64,000 nucleotides of DNA from Lama guanicoe (Eukaryota): contig MU053334.1 in assembly GCA_013239625.1 (NCBI GenBank), forward strand, positions 372,001-436,000. The letters run 5' to 3'. Each line of letters begins with the position of its first letter. Within the stretch, counting starts at the first letter, position 1. The position numbers were made by a program, and so were the translations under genes. The notes under the pieces were generated by a model. It was given only the letters and a program-made list of their open reading frames with translations. It was not told the origin of the DNA and ran no database searches. Shown in pieces: positions 12,001 through 22,210 of this stretch.

Positions 12001-15000
12001 CTATTGATGATGGCGCACTTGCGCTCGGCCCAGGAGCGGCGGAAGGTGTTGAGGCTGCAGGGGTCCACGGCCCGCGTGGCGTCCCCGCACAGCGGGCTCT
12101 CCTTCCAGGAGTTCACAAACTCTAGCTCGCTGGATGCCACATACTTGCTTCGGGTCTCGAAGTCGTCCTTCATGTTCCCGTTGTAGTTGCCGCACAGGCC
12201 ACATAGGGCGTCCTGCGGGGGCGGCTGTCAGTGGGCGGCACAGCCCTCAATCCCGGCCGCGGGGAGGGGGCGGCAGATACCTGGGAGGCACGTGCGATCT
12301 TGATGAAGAGGGTCATGTGCTTGTTCCAGATGAGGGTCAGGTTGTAGGCAGTGCCGACGGTGGCATCCAGCACCAGGTACAAGGAGCCGGCCTTCACCTG
12401 GAAGCGCACGCCGGGGTCCTCCCCGCTGACCGTGTAGTTCCTGTCTGCCAGCACGATGGACAGGCCCTGTGGGGCGCGGCCGTCACCAGCTGCCCGTCCA
12501 GGTCCTGGGCGGCCACTGAATGCCGCTGGGCTCTGCCTTGCCGTCTGAGTGCTCCACGGCTCAGCTCGCTCTGGGCTGGGGGCCTCCCGCTAGAGCCTGC
12601 CTTTGGCGGGTTTCAGAACGCCCTGGAAACTGTCCCGAGGGCTGGGAGGGGGCTTGTGGCAGAATCCCTCCTCTCTGCGTGGCTGTCCGTCTCCAGGGGA
12701 CACTGCTGCCCCTGTGGGGACTAGAAGGCCTAGGCAGAGGGTGGCAAAGGCCCAGAGCGGCCAGGCCCTGGACCCCCAGGAAGTTGGGGAGACCCCACAC
12801 ACTCACCCCCAGGAGGACCGTGACAGCCCGCGAGCAGGTGACGCCTGACTTCCCACACACGACGTTCTCTGTCAGGATCTTGAAGGTGGGCTGTGAGTCG
12901 TTGGCACCACAGCCATCCTGTGGGAACAGGGCATAGAAGAGGATGCGGACCCTCTGCCCCACGCCCAGGCTGGCACTCACTGTGGCCCTGCGCCCCACGC
13001 CCCGTGCCCTACGCCCAGGCCGGCACTCACTGTGGCCCTGCGCCCCATGCCCCACGCCCAGGCTGGCACTCACTGTGGCCAGGATGTATTCGCAGTTGCC
13101 ATCGAACACGAAACGCTGCCCATCGAAGGTGACTACGTGGCCCTCCCCGTAGAGGGTGCAGGTGGACGGGCAGTGGGTGCTCTGCTGGCACGCCCATGTC
13201 CCCCCAGAGCAGGTGCTGTGGGACAGGTGGGCCGTGTCAGGGCTCTGGGGGGACCCCGGCACACGCACCCCTGCGGGGCCCTGACCACGTGGGTTAGCAG
13301 GGGCCCCTGCCCACCCCCGCCCCCAAGACTTGAGAACAGTTGGGCCACCAGGGTGTGCGGGTGGGGTGGCGGCTCACCAGCTCCTACAGCTGGTATGGAG
13401 CTCTGCGCCGCGGGGGTAGGAGGTGCCTGCAAACTCGCACGGGCAGTCCTCGGGGGGCACACACTGCCCGCTGGCGTTCTCGTAGAGCCCCTTGGCACAG
13501 ACACAGCCGGCCTCACACTTGGTGGGCACCTGCAGGGAGGAGGGTGGGTGGCCCTGCTGGCTGCCGCCCCAGCTGGGCCCTTCTGAGACACCCCCAGCAT
13601 TCTTGCCAGACCTGCTCCCTGCAGCCAGCCTGCTCTGGGCCTCTCTTAGCAGAGCTGCCCCTCCCTGAGGGACTGGTCCAGTGCCTCTGCGTTGTGGCTG
13701 GGCTACTCTGTCCCCTCCCCAAGCTGGCCGGGGCCCCCGGCCCACAGTCCTCAGGGAGCCCCACAGATGAGCAACATGGTGGCCAGGCTGCCAGTCACAC
13801 TCATCACAGGATGGTGGAGATGGGGCACGGCCCCCTTTCCTGCGGGGTGTGTGGAAATCCTCTGTGGGTCATGGAGAGGCTCTGGGGGTGTCCACCATGG
13901 GACTGTCCCACCCAAGTCTCCCCATGGTGTCCGCAGGCGGTGGGGATTGCCTTCCGGGGAAGGCTCGTCCCCTCCCTCTGCCCAGCCTTACACAGGGGGT
14001 GCCAGTGGCCAACATCTGACAGGTGGGGGCGCAGGCAGCCCCAAATTTGTCCTCGGAGGACTGGCTGCAGGACTGGAATGTCTTGGGGGCCGAGCAAGTT
14101 GCTGCAGAGACACAGGGCCCGGGGTGAGGTAGGAGCCGAAGAGCCGGTGCCCGCAGTCCAGCTCCTCGAGCCTCGGCCCCGGCTACGCACCCAAGAGCAT
14201 CTGAGGCTGGGCCCGGCAGCTCAGGCGCCCGTTGGAGCAGTGGCTGTGGGAGAGAGGCCGTGTGAGTGTGCCGCCCTGGGCTGGGCTGCAGGCGGGTGGC
14301 CGCCCGACCCCCTTGCTCACCAGATGACGCCATTGACCATGGTGGACTGGTCGGCCAGGATGAACTTGGAGTTGTCCAGGAGGCAGGGGCACTGGGACTT
14401 GCGCACACACTCAGTCTTGTGGTTCAGGTAGGTGCCCTCGGGGCAGTTGCAGCCGTCCACCGGCACGGCGCTAGGGTGGCACTCGACCTCGCGGTCGGAC
14501 AGCGAGAGGCACGTGCGGTCACATGCCCGGCTGTCGTAGCTGAAAGTCTGATTGCCCGTGCAGGGGGTGGCTGCAGGGGACCCGGAGTCAGGCCCTCGAG
14601 GAGGTGGTCCCCGGCCGCCCGCCCACCTGCCCAGCCGGCACGCCCCCTGCCCGCACGCCCCCTGCCCGCACACCCCCTGCCCGCACGCACTGCAGTTGTC
14701 CACGCTGCTCCTCCAGCCCTGGAGCAGGACGCCCCGCGAGGCGCAGGCGAGGGCGTAGTCACCCAGGGCGGCGCAGATGTGTGGGAAGGTCTCCTCGTAG
14801 TTGCAGGCCTGGTACACGCACCTCTGCGGGCAGACAGTGGCTGTGGGCACCCACCCTCCTGCCCGGCCAAGACCCCTGAGGGTGCAGCCCTGTGACGCCC
14901 CTGCTGCCCACGGGCCTACCCACCTTGTGGAAGGGCTTGGGGTCCACAGTGGCGTGGCACTTCTCGAATACTGAGCCCTCCTTCACCAGCACTGCACAGT

Positions 15001-18000
15001 GGGTCTCCGCACATACCTCTGGGGTACAGGCCGGCGTGAGTCAGCTGCCTGCCCGGGGCTCCTGCCCACCCCTTCCCCCCAGCCCCCCAGCGACACTCAC
15101 TGTTGAGCTGGCTCATGGAGCAGGGGTCAGTCTCACGCTCAAGTGCGGCCGGGCAGTTCCCTGCTCGCCAGGAGTCCACGAAGACCGAGGCAGTGCCCTC
15201 AGCGATGCCCATGCTGGTCGTGAAGTCGTCCGTCGTGTCCCCGTTGAAGTTTCCGCAGAGCCCTGGGCCAGCCAGACGTGAGGGTGGGCTGGTCTGTGCC
15301 CCTGTCCTGCCCCACACTCTCCGAAGGCCCTTACTCCTGAACCCCGCCCAGTGCAAGGGGCCAGCACTGCGACACCCGTGGGAGGGCCAGATAGAACTGG
15401 CCTGGGGCCCAGAGCGCTGGCTGTGCTGGGTCAGCATGAGGCTCTGCTGGGCCCTTCTCTTCCGAAATCCGGGGTGGGGACAGAGCAGCTGGGCCGACGC
15501 GGGGCAGACGGAGGAGGGGCTCACCTCTGGTCTGGCCTCTGAAGTGGGGCCCAACAGTGACATACAGCTGGAACACGGGCCAGAGCTGGATCACCAGTTC
15601 CAGCCCGAAGGTGGTGACCATCTGGACGTGGGTGGAGGACTGCCTGAAGACTGTGATATTGCCTGAGGGGACAGGGGGCTCAGCAGGGGGCCTGCTTTGG
15701 GACCCGCTCAGCGAGGCCCCAGGGCCAGGTGGGTGCTGAGGACTTACGAGTCTTGTACGGCAGCCACTTGGTGTCCCCGTGGTTGGTGACCACCTCGTCC
15801 TGAGAAATGACGATCTTGTCCTGGAGGGAGGGAGGCCTGAGTCAGGGGGGGTGAAGCAGCAGCTGGGACCCATCTGCCTGGGGATCTGGGGTGGGCGCCC
15901 AGCTGCAGGGCGAGGTGGCCTCACCTGGTTGGACAGGTAGATGATGGTGACCAGGGAGGTCTCCGAGTGCGAGTACCCAGACTTGTCGAACACGGCCATG
16001 AGTGAGCCCCCGTCGGGCAGCTGGGGGCTCTGGGAGGAGGGGCAGCTCAGCACAGAGGGCCCAGGGTGCTCGTGGCGGGGCCCCTGCCCCGCGGCGGGCC
16101 CCAGGTGGAGGCTGCGTCCTACCTGGAGGAGGATGTAGGTGCAGGTGCCGTGGAAGCGGTAGGGCCTGGCATCGAACGTGGTGACGAAGGAGCCTCCCTC
16201 CAGAGCGCAGCGCCTGGGACAGGACTGCTCCGCACACTCCCAGTGGCCCCCGGAGCACCGGCTGCGGGCAGGGAGGCGTGACCCAGCTGGCCCCCAGGGC
16301 TGAGGCCGCCCCGCCTCCGGCTCTCCTGTCCTGTCCTGCCCGCATGCCCCTCTAGGTGTCCTGCACTCACCAGGTCTGGCAGGCGGCCGTTGTGACCTCC
16401 CCGGGGGCGTAGACCACCCCACTGAGCACGCAGGGGCACTGGGAGACGGGCAGGCAGGTGTGGTTTGCAGAGATGTCATCCAGAACCGTACCTGCAGGAG
16501 AGAGGCTTCCTGGGGCTTCCCTCCTGCTGGGCAGCCTTCCCCAGCCTGTGCTGCGGACCGCCCCAGGAGAGCCTCCACCTTCAGCCCCACTGGCCTGGCA
16601 GCCTCCCGCCCTCCTGGTGCTGAGTGCTGCGCCTGGTGGGCGGCAGGCCCTGTCCAGCTCAGACCCTGCCTCTGCCCACCCCCTTGCTCCCCACAGAACA
16701 GCCCCTGGGCAGTTGGGAGCAGTGGCGGCCAAGCCCTCCCCGGCGCAAGCCCCAGCAATGTCTGGGGAGAGTAGGTCCTGGCTCCAGGCCTCTGGGTGGT
16801 GCAGGGGCTGATGCCCTGTCTCTGGGCTCATTCTGAGGGTCCTGGGAGAGTGGCTGCCCTCACCTTCTGGGCAGAAGCAGCCAAAGGTGCAGAAGCTGGA
16901 GCAGCTGTGCTGGGGGTTGGAGCAGGTCCGAATGCAGGTCTCGCCACACTCCCGGTACACCTGGGTGGCCGGGCACTGGCCCACGGCTGCAGGCCCGTGG
17001 CCGCCCCGGTGAGAGGGGCTGGGGCGGCCCAGGGCCCCACCACCCAGCCCTCCCTGGCCCAGGATGTGGCCAGCCCCCCTCCCCGCAGGACTTCTCTGTC
17101 TCCTGGATGGAGTGGACAAAGGAGGATTTGGAACACAGTGTCTGGGACCCTGCCCCGCGCCATCCGCAGGACTCACAGCAGAGGTCAGGGCCGCGCCAGC
17201 TGTGGACGGGCTGGCCGGCCATGCTGCACTGCCGCGAGTACTCAGACAGCGTGGCGCAGGCACAGTCCTGCCGGCCCGGCTGGGCGCACACGGCCATGTC
17301 CTCCTGGCAGCCCAGCAGGAATGGCTCCCGGGACACGTTGCACTCGGGGGACACCAGGGTCAGCAGCTGGATGCAGGTCTGGGCCTGGGCACAGGGCCAC
17401 TCAGGGTCATGAAGGTCGAGGCCGTGTCCCACACCACACGTGTGACTTGGAAGGCTGGGGGTGTCGTTGCCCTCGGCGACCCTGTCAGACCCTGTGGGCT
17501 GGCCCTGCCCCTGCTGAAGGGCCCCTCTGACCCCGGGGAGCCTGAGTCCTCACATACGTGCTCTGCCTGCAGGGCCTGGGGGCGGGGGACGGCCTCATGG
17601 GCACAGATCTCGTTGGGGTCATCCAGCTTCTGGAGAGCGGCGTACTTGTGGGGCTCCAGGAGTTTGCCTGGGGGCGGAATGGGGTGGGTCAGCACTGTGG
17701 GCGCAGGGCCACAGGGCGGTCTGGGCCCCACCCCACCTACCGTCCTCGCTTAGAAACTCATCGGTCTCTTCGCCATCGAAGTTCCCACACAGTCCACACA
17801 TCCTGCCCATGTACCTCTTCTCCACCAGGACCTGGAGGGGCCGGGTGCTGCTGTCAGGGGGCGGGAAGGGCACAGGGCCCCCCGGGCCCCAGGACCCCTG
17901 GCCCAGCCGCTGAGGCTGCTCTCGCCTGCTCCAGGGCCCGGAGACCCCTCACAGGCAGGTTGGGGTCCAGGGACTGCCCGCCCCCACTCCCGGCACCTCT

Positions 18001-21000
18001 CGTGCTCTCTAGGTTGTCCTCTTTTTCAAGTGAGGACACAGCTGCCACAAAGCCCACGCCCTGTCCCAGAGGGCCACTCCCCACCCCTGCCGCGTCCTCA
18101 CCATGAGGTGGGCGCCCGGTCCCCACATGACCACCAGCTCCAGCTCCAGCTGCTTGGCCACCAGCTGCACGCTCTGGCCGAAGGGTGTGATCTGGAGGCC
18201 GTTGCTGGTGTAGGGCAGGCTGACGACCCTGTGGGGCATGAGCAGTCAGCAGCCGCTCCCTCGGGCCCCCGCCGCCCGGCCCGGTCCCACGGCCTACCCC
18301 ACGTCCTTGACGGAGATGACTGCCTTCTGCACGGTGACCACGGAGACCCCCAGCTCCACGATGATCCGGGAGATGTTCCCGCTGGGCCCTCGCCGCAGCT
18401 GGACACTGAAGACGGATGAGGCGTCCTCACAGACGGCCGCGAAGACATAGTTGCAGGTCCCCAAAAAGTCGTACACGTGGCCGTCGAAGGTGGAGAAGTG
18501 GCCGGCCCCCCAGGTGGAGCACCGGCCCCCGTCTGCGGCTGTGGAGAGGGGGCGGGGTCTCAGAGCCCTCCTGGGGTTGGGGGGAGGAAGGCCTACCCCC
18601 ATCCAGCTCTGGGCTGGGGTCTGCCTCCCACACCAAGCCTTATGGGAGTGCAGGCCTCTGTCTTGGTTGGGGTCTGTAGGGTGTGAAGCTGCAGGTCAGC
18701 CCCCATCCTGCAGGACCCCCGCCCCTCTTGGCAGCATGGGTGTGCCTCCCCCGGGTGAGGGGTCGGCTCAGCTCCTTCTGTAGCTGAAGCCCCTCGCGGA
18801 AGCCCCAGACCACAACCACCCTGTGACGGGGTGTGGCCTGGTACTCGGGGCAGCTCCCGAGGACAGGAGGATGCCCGTGCCCTTTACCTGACTGCCAAGA
18901 GTCCTTCAGCCTCCGGAGGCCTGGGGTCACCAAGGGTCTGTCACCCAGACCTGCGTGGACAGGGCCTGCGGTCAGTGTGGGACGGCCCCCCTCTGCCGAG
19001 GCCGCAGCGGTCAGCTTGGCCGGGCTGAGCCGGGCCTGGGGCTGTGGGGGCGCTGTGCTTCCCACGCTCTGCCTTCCCTCTGGTCCTTCCCTCGGTCACC
19101 ACGGAGGGGCCTGAGCGATCACCTGCTGGCCTGGGGACACAGTGGGAACAAAGCCCTACCCCCAGAGCCCCCCCAGGGAGGCCGAGTGCACAGGGGCAGT
19201 GAGAGAAGCCTGAGGGTGAGGAGGCCGGGAAGTGTCTAGGGGGCGGGAGTCAGCGTGTGGGCCTCGGGGCAGGCTGGGCGGGCAGGAGTCCTCCGGCTCC
19301 CCGGCTCCTGCTGGTGCCCGCCGGGCTCCGGGGGCTCTGGGCTGTCACTCGCTGTCTCTCAAGATGCTCCAGGCCCTTGGGGTTCGACAAGGAAAACCAG
19401 TGCTGGACAGACAGGCGGGCATCTGATAAACAGGCTCACGGTCCTGCTCGCTCCCCGTGGGCTCACGTGGGCCTGGGCCGGCTGGGCAGCTGGGCTCCCC
19501 TGTGGGCCTCATGGGTGGCAGGTGGAGAGCCCCAGCCTAGCGGGGCTGGGTGGACTGCGAGTGTGGGGGGCCCGGGCGTCTGTGGTGTGAGTTGGCTGAG
19601 GTTGTGTGTGGCTGGCCGCCTGGTCTCCCCCTGGGGTCGGGGAGGCCGAGAGAGGCCGGAGGCTCCCCAGAGGGCTTCTCCCTCCCCCGTGGCCCAGATT
19701 ACCGTTCTGTCACTCCCTTCCTCCCCGTCAGCCTCCCAGACAGTCCTGGGACTGTGCTGGCCATTGCCAGAGGATTGCCGGGACACTGGTCATGGTGACT
19801 GCGGGGGAGCACCGGCCCCGCCTCCCGCGCCTGCCCTGCTGCAGCCCTTCCTCGGCCCCCGTGCTGGCGGGCTGCAGGTTCATTGGCTAAGTGCAGGCCC
19901 TGGGGTCCTGGTCCTCCTGCCCACCCCCAACCCTGCCCCTTCGCCTCAGCTCTGTGGGTCCACAGTGCTGGTGGTGTTTCCCTGGGTGACACCAGGGAGC
20001 AGGGGCGCCTGCCAGGTGGCTGCAGGGTCCCCACGCTGGGCGGACGGTGACACCTGGCCCTGCCCTCCTCCTCTGCAGCACGGACTCGCAGATCCATGTC
20101 TGGGGCCCTTCTCTAGGCTCACCACTGCCCACCTCGATGCCCGGAGTCACTGCCCAGCCCCCACGCGGTGGCCCCGCTGCTGCTCCCCCTCGTCCGGTCT
20201 CCTGTCCTCTGCTCTGCCTAGTCCCTACCCGGCCAGCATGGGTGTGCCTCCCCCGGGTGAGGGGTCACTGTCTGAACAGTGGCCCCACCCCAGCAGCGTC
20301 ACCGCTGCTCCTCCAGGGCCGTCTGTGCCTTCCATCCCTCTCAGAATAGGCACTGACCTCTAGCTGGACCCACAGGGCCCGCAGGGCGGGCTGGTCTGCC
20401 ACTGCTGGCCTTTCTTGGTGCTGGACAGGCCTCGGTGGCTGGAGCACACACTGTTCCTTCTGCATGCTTGGCAGCCCCGCCTGCCCTGCCCCTTCTGTCA
20501 ACCCTGGCCCGGCTCAGGGGCCTCTGTCCCAGAACCCCCAGCCCCCAAGACCCCAGTGTCTGATAGCCTCAGACTTTGAGGGCTTCTGCTCTTGCTTCCT
20601 CCAGCGGCAGCACTCGGTCAGCGCACAAAGAGCGTTTGCAGAACGGCGGAGAGGACCCATCCCACTACCCTCTGCAGCATTCACAGCCTGGACCGCAGGG
20701 CTCCCCAAAGCCACAGCCCCTTGCCACACCTGCAGGCCTGCCTGCGTCCCACCCAAGCTGGCTCCCAGCATCTCCCTCTTCCACCTGGGTCCGGGTCTGG
20801 GTCTGGGTGTCCCCAGGGCCAGGGATGGGCCCAGGAAGGTGGGCTCTGGTGGACGGGGTCCTGACTGCTCAGAGCCACCGCTGGTGGGAAAGCTGGTGCC
20901 TGGTAGGTGCTGAAGGTGCTTCGTGGGAGAGAAGGGGGGACCCACTGGACTCACACCCCAGTGCCTGGGCCATGGCCAGGCGCAGGCCAGGCACTGCCCC

Positions 21001-21940
21001 CTGGCTCCTAGCCGAGGCTGGTGGGGCTCTGGGGCCACCGAGGTGGGGGCCGTGAAGCAAGGACTAAGGAAGAAGGCAGGAGTGCGACCCGCAGGCTCGG
21101 AGACCTGGGCTCCCAGGCAGGTGGAGAAGATGCAGAGGGCCTGGGGCCGTGGCCGGCAGGAAGGTGCTTCCCCCAGGCCATCAGGGGACCCCTCAGGGCT
21201 GGCCCTTCTTAGGGTCAGAGCAGGTGAAAGCATTAGGTGGCTGGCTGAAGGGACCTGGGAAGGAAGTAGGGCCACCCCCTGCGCAGCGGCCCGGGGGGTG
21301 AGGCTGGGTGGGCTCTGGGTGGGGCGGCCGCCTCCAGCCTCCCACTTCTTCAGTCCTCACAGCAGCCATACGAAACGGAGGTCTCGTCCCCATTTTTGCA
21401 GATGATGAAACTGATGCTCAGAGCCCACTTAGTGGCTTGTCTGTCCAGGGCCAGGACCCGAGATCTGGGGTCTCCATCTGAGTCTTTTAACTTTAATGCC
21501 CACAAGGCCCCTTGCATGCCTTCTGGCTGCCCCTTGGGACCCCCAGGGTCCTCTCAGCAGGTCCACGTCTGCCACACCCGATTTCCCGAGGAGTCCCTGC
21601 CTCCTGCAGCCCAGCAGCCTTCCTCCCCAGGCACATGCCCCGAGCTCGGCCTCCCGCAACCTCTGGCTCCCACTGGCTTGGCCTTGGCAAGTGTGGGAGG
21701 GCCGCGGGGCGAGGAGGGGCCTCCAGGGCTTGGCTTCCCTTCCCGCTCCCGTCCAACAGTGTCCGTGTGGCCAGCCAGCCTGCCTCCGGCCAAGTTGGCG
21801 AGGAAGACTTTCCCCCACTCAGCGGCCCTCTGAGGGCATCTGGCCACTGCTGGTGCATGGCCCGTGGGCCCCGACTCACCGGCGCCGAGCAGGGCCCCCC
21901 CGCAGGAGAGCAGCAGGGGCAGCAGCCAGGGCCCCAGCAT
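1..21940 (-). CDS. MUC6: Mucin-6 (gastric gel-forming mucin), spliced gene of 33 exons; 3' end truncated by the window edge
   Basis: The spliced translation (MLGPWLLPLLLSCGGALLGAG...CSTWGAGHFSTFDGHVYDF...CGLCGNFDG...PTS repeats...CSVREVQEEITYQGCTANVTVTRCEGVC) follows the MUC6 architecture: signal peptide, three VWD assemblies, PTS, cystine knot. All 32 introns have GT-AG ends with matching phases. Divergent from MUC2, as in the known cluster. Confidence 0.97.
366..468 (-). CDS. MUC6: MUC6 exon 32 (cystine knot, first part)
   Basis: GNCSVREVQEEITYQGCTANVTVTRCEGVCASSA; CAG/GTGAG. Confidence 0.93.
2524..8937 (-). CDS. MUC6: MUC6 exon 31, large PTS/tandem-repeat exon (6414 bp)
   Basis: The acceptor TGTTTCTACAG is in frame with ORF 2441..8683. 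Thr/Ser/Pro-rich; ends ...SLPSSL+G at donor GTAAGT. Confidence 0.88.
3345..8678. repeat. MUC6 VNTR: 519-bp unit, about 10.3 copies
   Basis: Identical ORFs recur every 519 bp (3357, 3876 ... 8547). Only two differences were seen, both in the partial terminal unit (8634, 8646). Confidence 0.97.
9548..9772 (-). CDS. MUC6: MUC6 exon 30 (PTS-rich)
   Basis: VSPRTTSAITTRATS...PTVTQATT...PAPATSGTSTGPPS; donor GTAAG. Confidence 0.85.
9867..10088 (-). CDS. MUC6: MUC6 exon 29 (PTS-rich)
   Basis: GLPATATRPTTTMPSTIGLNSTRP...PTLSEG; CTAAC branch motif upstream, donor GTAAG. Confidence 0.78.
10546..10578 (-). CDS. MUC6: MUC6 exon 28 (33-bp micro-exon)
   Basis: (M)PPPTTPLPTT(G); pyrimidine-rich acceptor CTCTTGCAG, donor GTGAT, phase 1-1. 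Confidence 0.78.
11131..11193 (-). CDS. MUC6: MUC6 exon 27
   Basis: GCYNCSQDEYFDQDEGTCVPC; donor GTAAG. Confidence 0.92.
11360..11500 (-). CDS. MUC6: MUC6 exon 26
   Basis: VYCDFYNTHVQVGGEYQYVHEANCTWHYQPCLCP...NIE. Confidence 0.93.
11656..11812 (-). CDS. MUC6: MUC6 exon 25
   Basis: [37 protein letters not shown]...WRSPDFC. Confidence 0.94.
11973..12212 (-). CDS. MUC6: MUC6 exon 24
   Basis: DALCGLCGNYNGNMKDDFETRSKYVASSELEFVNSWKE...CHSQ. Confidence 0.94.
12281..12466 (-). CDS. MUC6: MUC6 exon 23
   Basis: GLSIVLADRNYTVSGEDP...YNLTLIWNKHMTLFIKIARASQ. Confidence 0.92.
12807..12917 (-). CDS. MUC6: MUC6 exon 22
   Basis: DGCGANDSQPTFKILTENVVCGKSGVTCSRAVTVLLG. Confidence 0.93.
12955..13080. repeat. 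Short tandem repeat (43-50 bp units) that copies the MUC6 exon 21 donor
   Basis: GGCACTCACTGTGGCC occurs three times (near 12972, 13022 and 13065). Confidence 0.9.
13074..13215 (-). CDS. MUC6: MUC6 exon 21 (start of VWD3)
   Basis: TCSGGTWACQQSTHCPSTCTLYGEGHVVTFDGQRFVFDGNCEYILAT. Confidence 0.92.
13378..13529 (-). CDS. MUC6: MUC6 exon 20
   Basis: VPTKCEAGCVCAKGLYENASGQCVPPEDCPCEFAGTSYPRGAELHTSCRS. Confidence 0.93.
13992..14101 (-). CDS. MUC6: MUC6 exon 19
   Basis: TCSAPKTFQSCSQSSEDKFGAACAPTCQMLATGTPC. Confidence 0.92.
14191..14243 (-). CDS. MUC6: MUC6 exon 18
   Basis: HCSNGRLSCRAQPQMLL. Confidence 0.9.
14321..14570 (-). CDS. MUC6: MUC6 exon 17
   Basis: TPCTGNQTFSYDSRACDRTCLSLSDR...ILADQSTMVNGVI. 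Confidence 0.93.
14691..14823 (-). CDS. MUC6: MUC6 exon 16
   Basis: RCVYQACNYEETFPHICAALGDYALACASRGVLLQGWRSSVDNC. Confidence 0.93.
14924..15018 (-). CDS. MUC6: MUC6 exon 15
   Basis: VCAETHCAVLVKEGSVFEKCHATVDPKPFHK. Confidence 0.92.
15101..15262 (-). CDS. MUC6: MUC6 exon 14
   Basis: LCGNFNGDTTDDFTTSMGIAEGTASVFVDSWRAGNC...DPCSMSQLN. Confidence 0.94.
15525..15662 (-). CDS. MUC6: MUC6 exon 13
   Basis: NITVFRQSSTHVQMVTTFGLELVIQLWPVFQLYVTVGPHFRGQTR. Confidence 0.93.
15748..15820 (-). CDS. MUC6: MUC6 exon 12
   Basis: DKIVISQDEVVTNHGDTKWLPYKT; donor GTAAGT. Confidence 0.92.
15925..16029 (-). CDS. MUC6: MUC6 exon 11
   Basis: SPQLPDGGSLMAVFDKSGYSHSETSLVTIIYLSNQ. Confidence 0.92.
16123..16261 (-). 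CDS. MUC6: MUC6 exon 10
   Basis: RCSGGHWECAEQSCPRRCALEGGSFVTTFDARPYRFHGTCTYILLQ. Confidence 0.93.
16371..16491 (-). CDS. MUC6: MUC6 exon 9
   Basis: TVLDDISANHTCLPVSQCPCVLSGVVYAPGEVTTAACQT. Confidence 0.93.
16864..16986 (-). CDS. MUC6: MUC6 exon 8 (TIL)
   Basis: VGQCPATQVYRECGETCIRTCSNPQHSCSSFCTFGCFCPE. Confidence 0.93.
17177..17384 (-). CDS. MUC6: MUC6 exon 7 (C8)
   Basis: AQTCIQLLTLVSPEC...CATLSEYSRQCSMAGQPVHSWRGPDLC. Confidence 0.9.
17558..17667 (-). CDS. MUC6: MUC6 exon 6
   Basis: KLLEPHKYAALQKLDDPNEICAHEAVPRPQALQAEH. Confidence 0.92.
17741..17831 (-). CDS. MUC6: MUC6 exon 5
   Basis: [30 protein letters not shown]. Confidence 0.93.
18102..18228 (-). CDS. MUC6: MUC6 exon 4
   Basis: VVSLPYTSNGLQITPFGQSV...WGPGAHLM. 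Confidence 0.93.
18298..18538 (-). CDS. MUC6: MUC6 exon 3 (VWD1)
   Basis: ADGGRCSTWGAGHFSTFDGHVYDF...VISVKDV. Confidence 0.93.
18888..18950 (-). CDS. MUC6: MUC6 exon 2
   Basis: GLGDRPLVTPGLRRLKDSWQS; CAG/GTAAAG; 63 bp, phase 1-1. Confidence 0.85.
21340..21500. mobile_element. MIR-like SINE relic in MUC6 intron 1
   Basis: CCCATTTTTGCAGATGATGAAACTGATGCTCAGAG resembles the MIR core. Confidence 0.65.
21880..21940 (-). CDS. MUC6: MUC6 exon 1 (signal peptide)
   Basis: MLGPWLLPLLLSCGGALLGA+G; donor GTGAGT. Confidence 0.92.
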
Positions 21941-22039
21941 GGTGCGTGGAGAAGAGGTCGCGGCCAGCCCCGGCCCCTCTTGCCGTGGGACACCGGGCAG
22001 GCTCCCTGCACCTGTGCAGCCTGAGTGGCCAGCCCTGGA

Positions 22040-22210
22040 TGCCTTATACAGGGCCTGGGCCCTGCCCCTGCCACGCCCGCCGGCACCCCGCGCGCAAGGC
22101 CAGCAATGGCCACGGCGGCCAGGCGGCCAAACAGGATCTTGGGTGCCGCTTTATCAGGACTTGGCTTCTCTGGAAAATTCTTCAGCGGGCAGAGGCCCCA
22201 TTATCATCAC
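22040..22210 (-). promoter_or_regulatory. MUC6 proximal promoter: TATA-like TATAAG (22043-22048) and two TGATAA GATA sites
   Basis: Motifs lie 100-270 bp upstream of the ATG on the minus strand. Confidence 0.6.
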
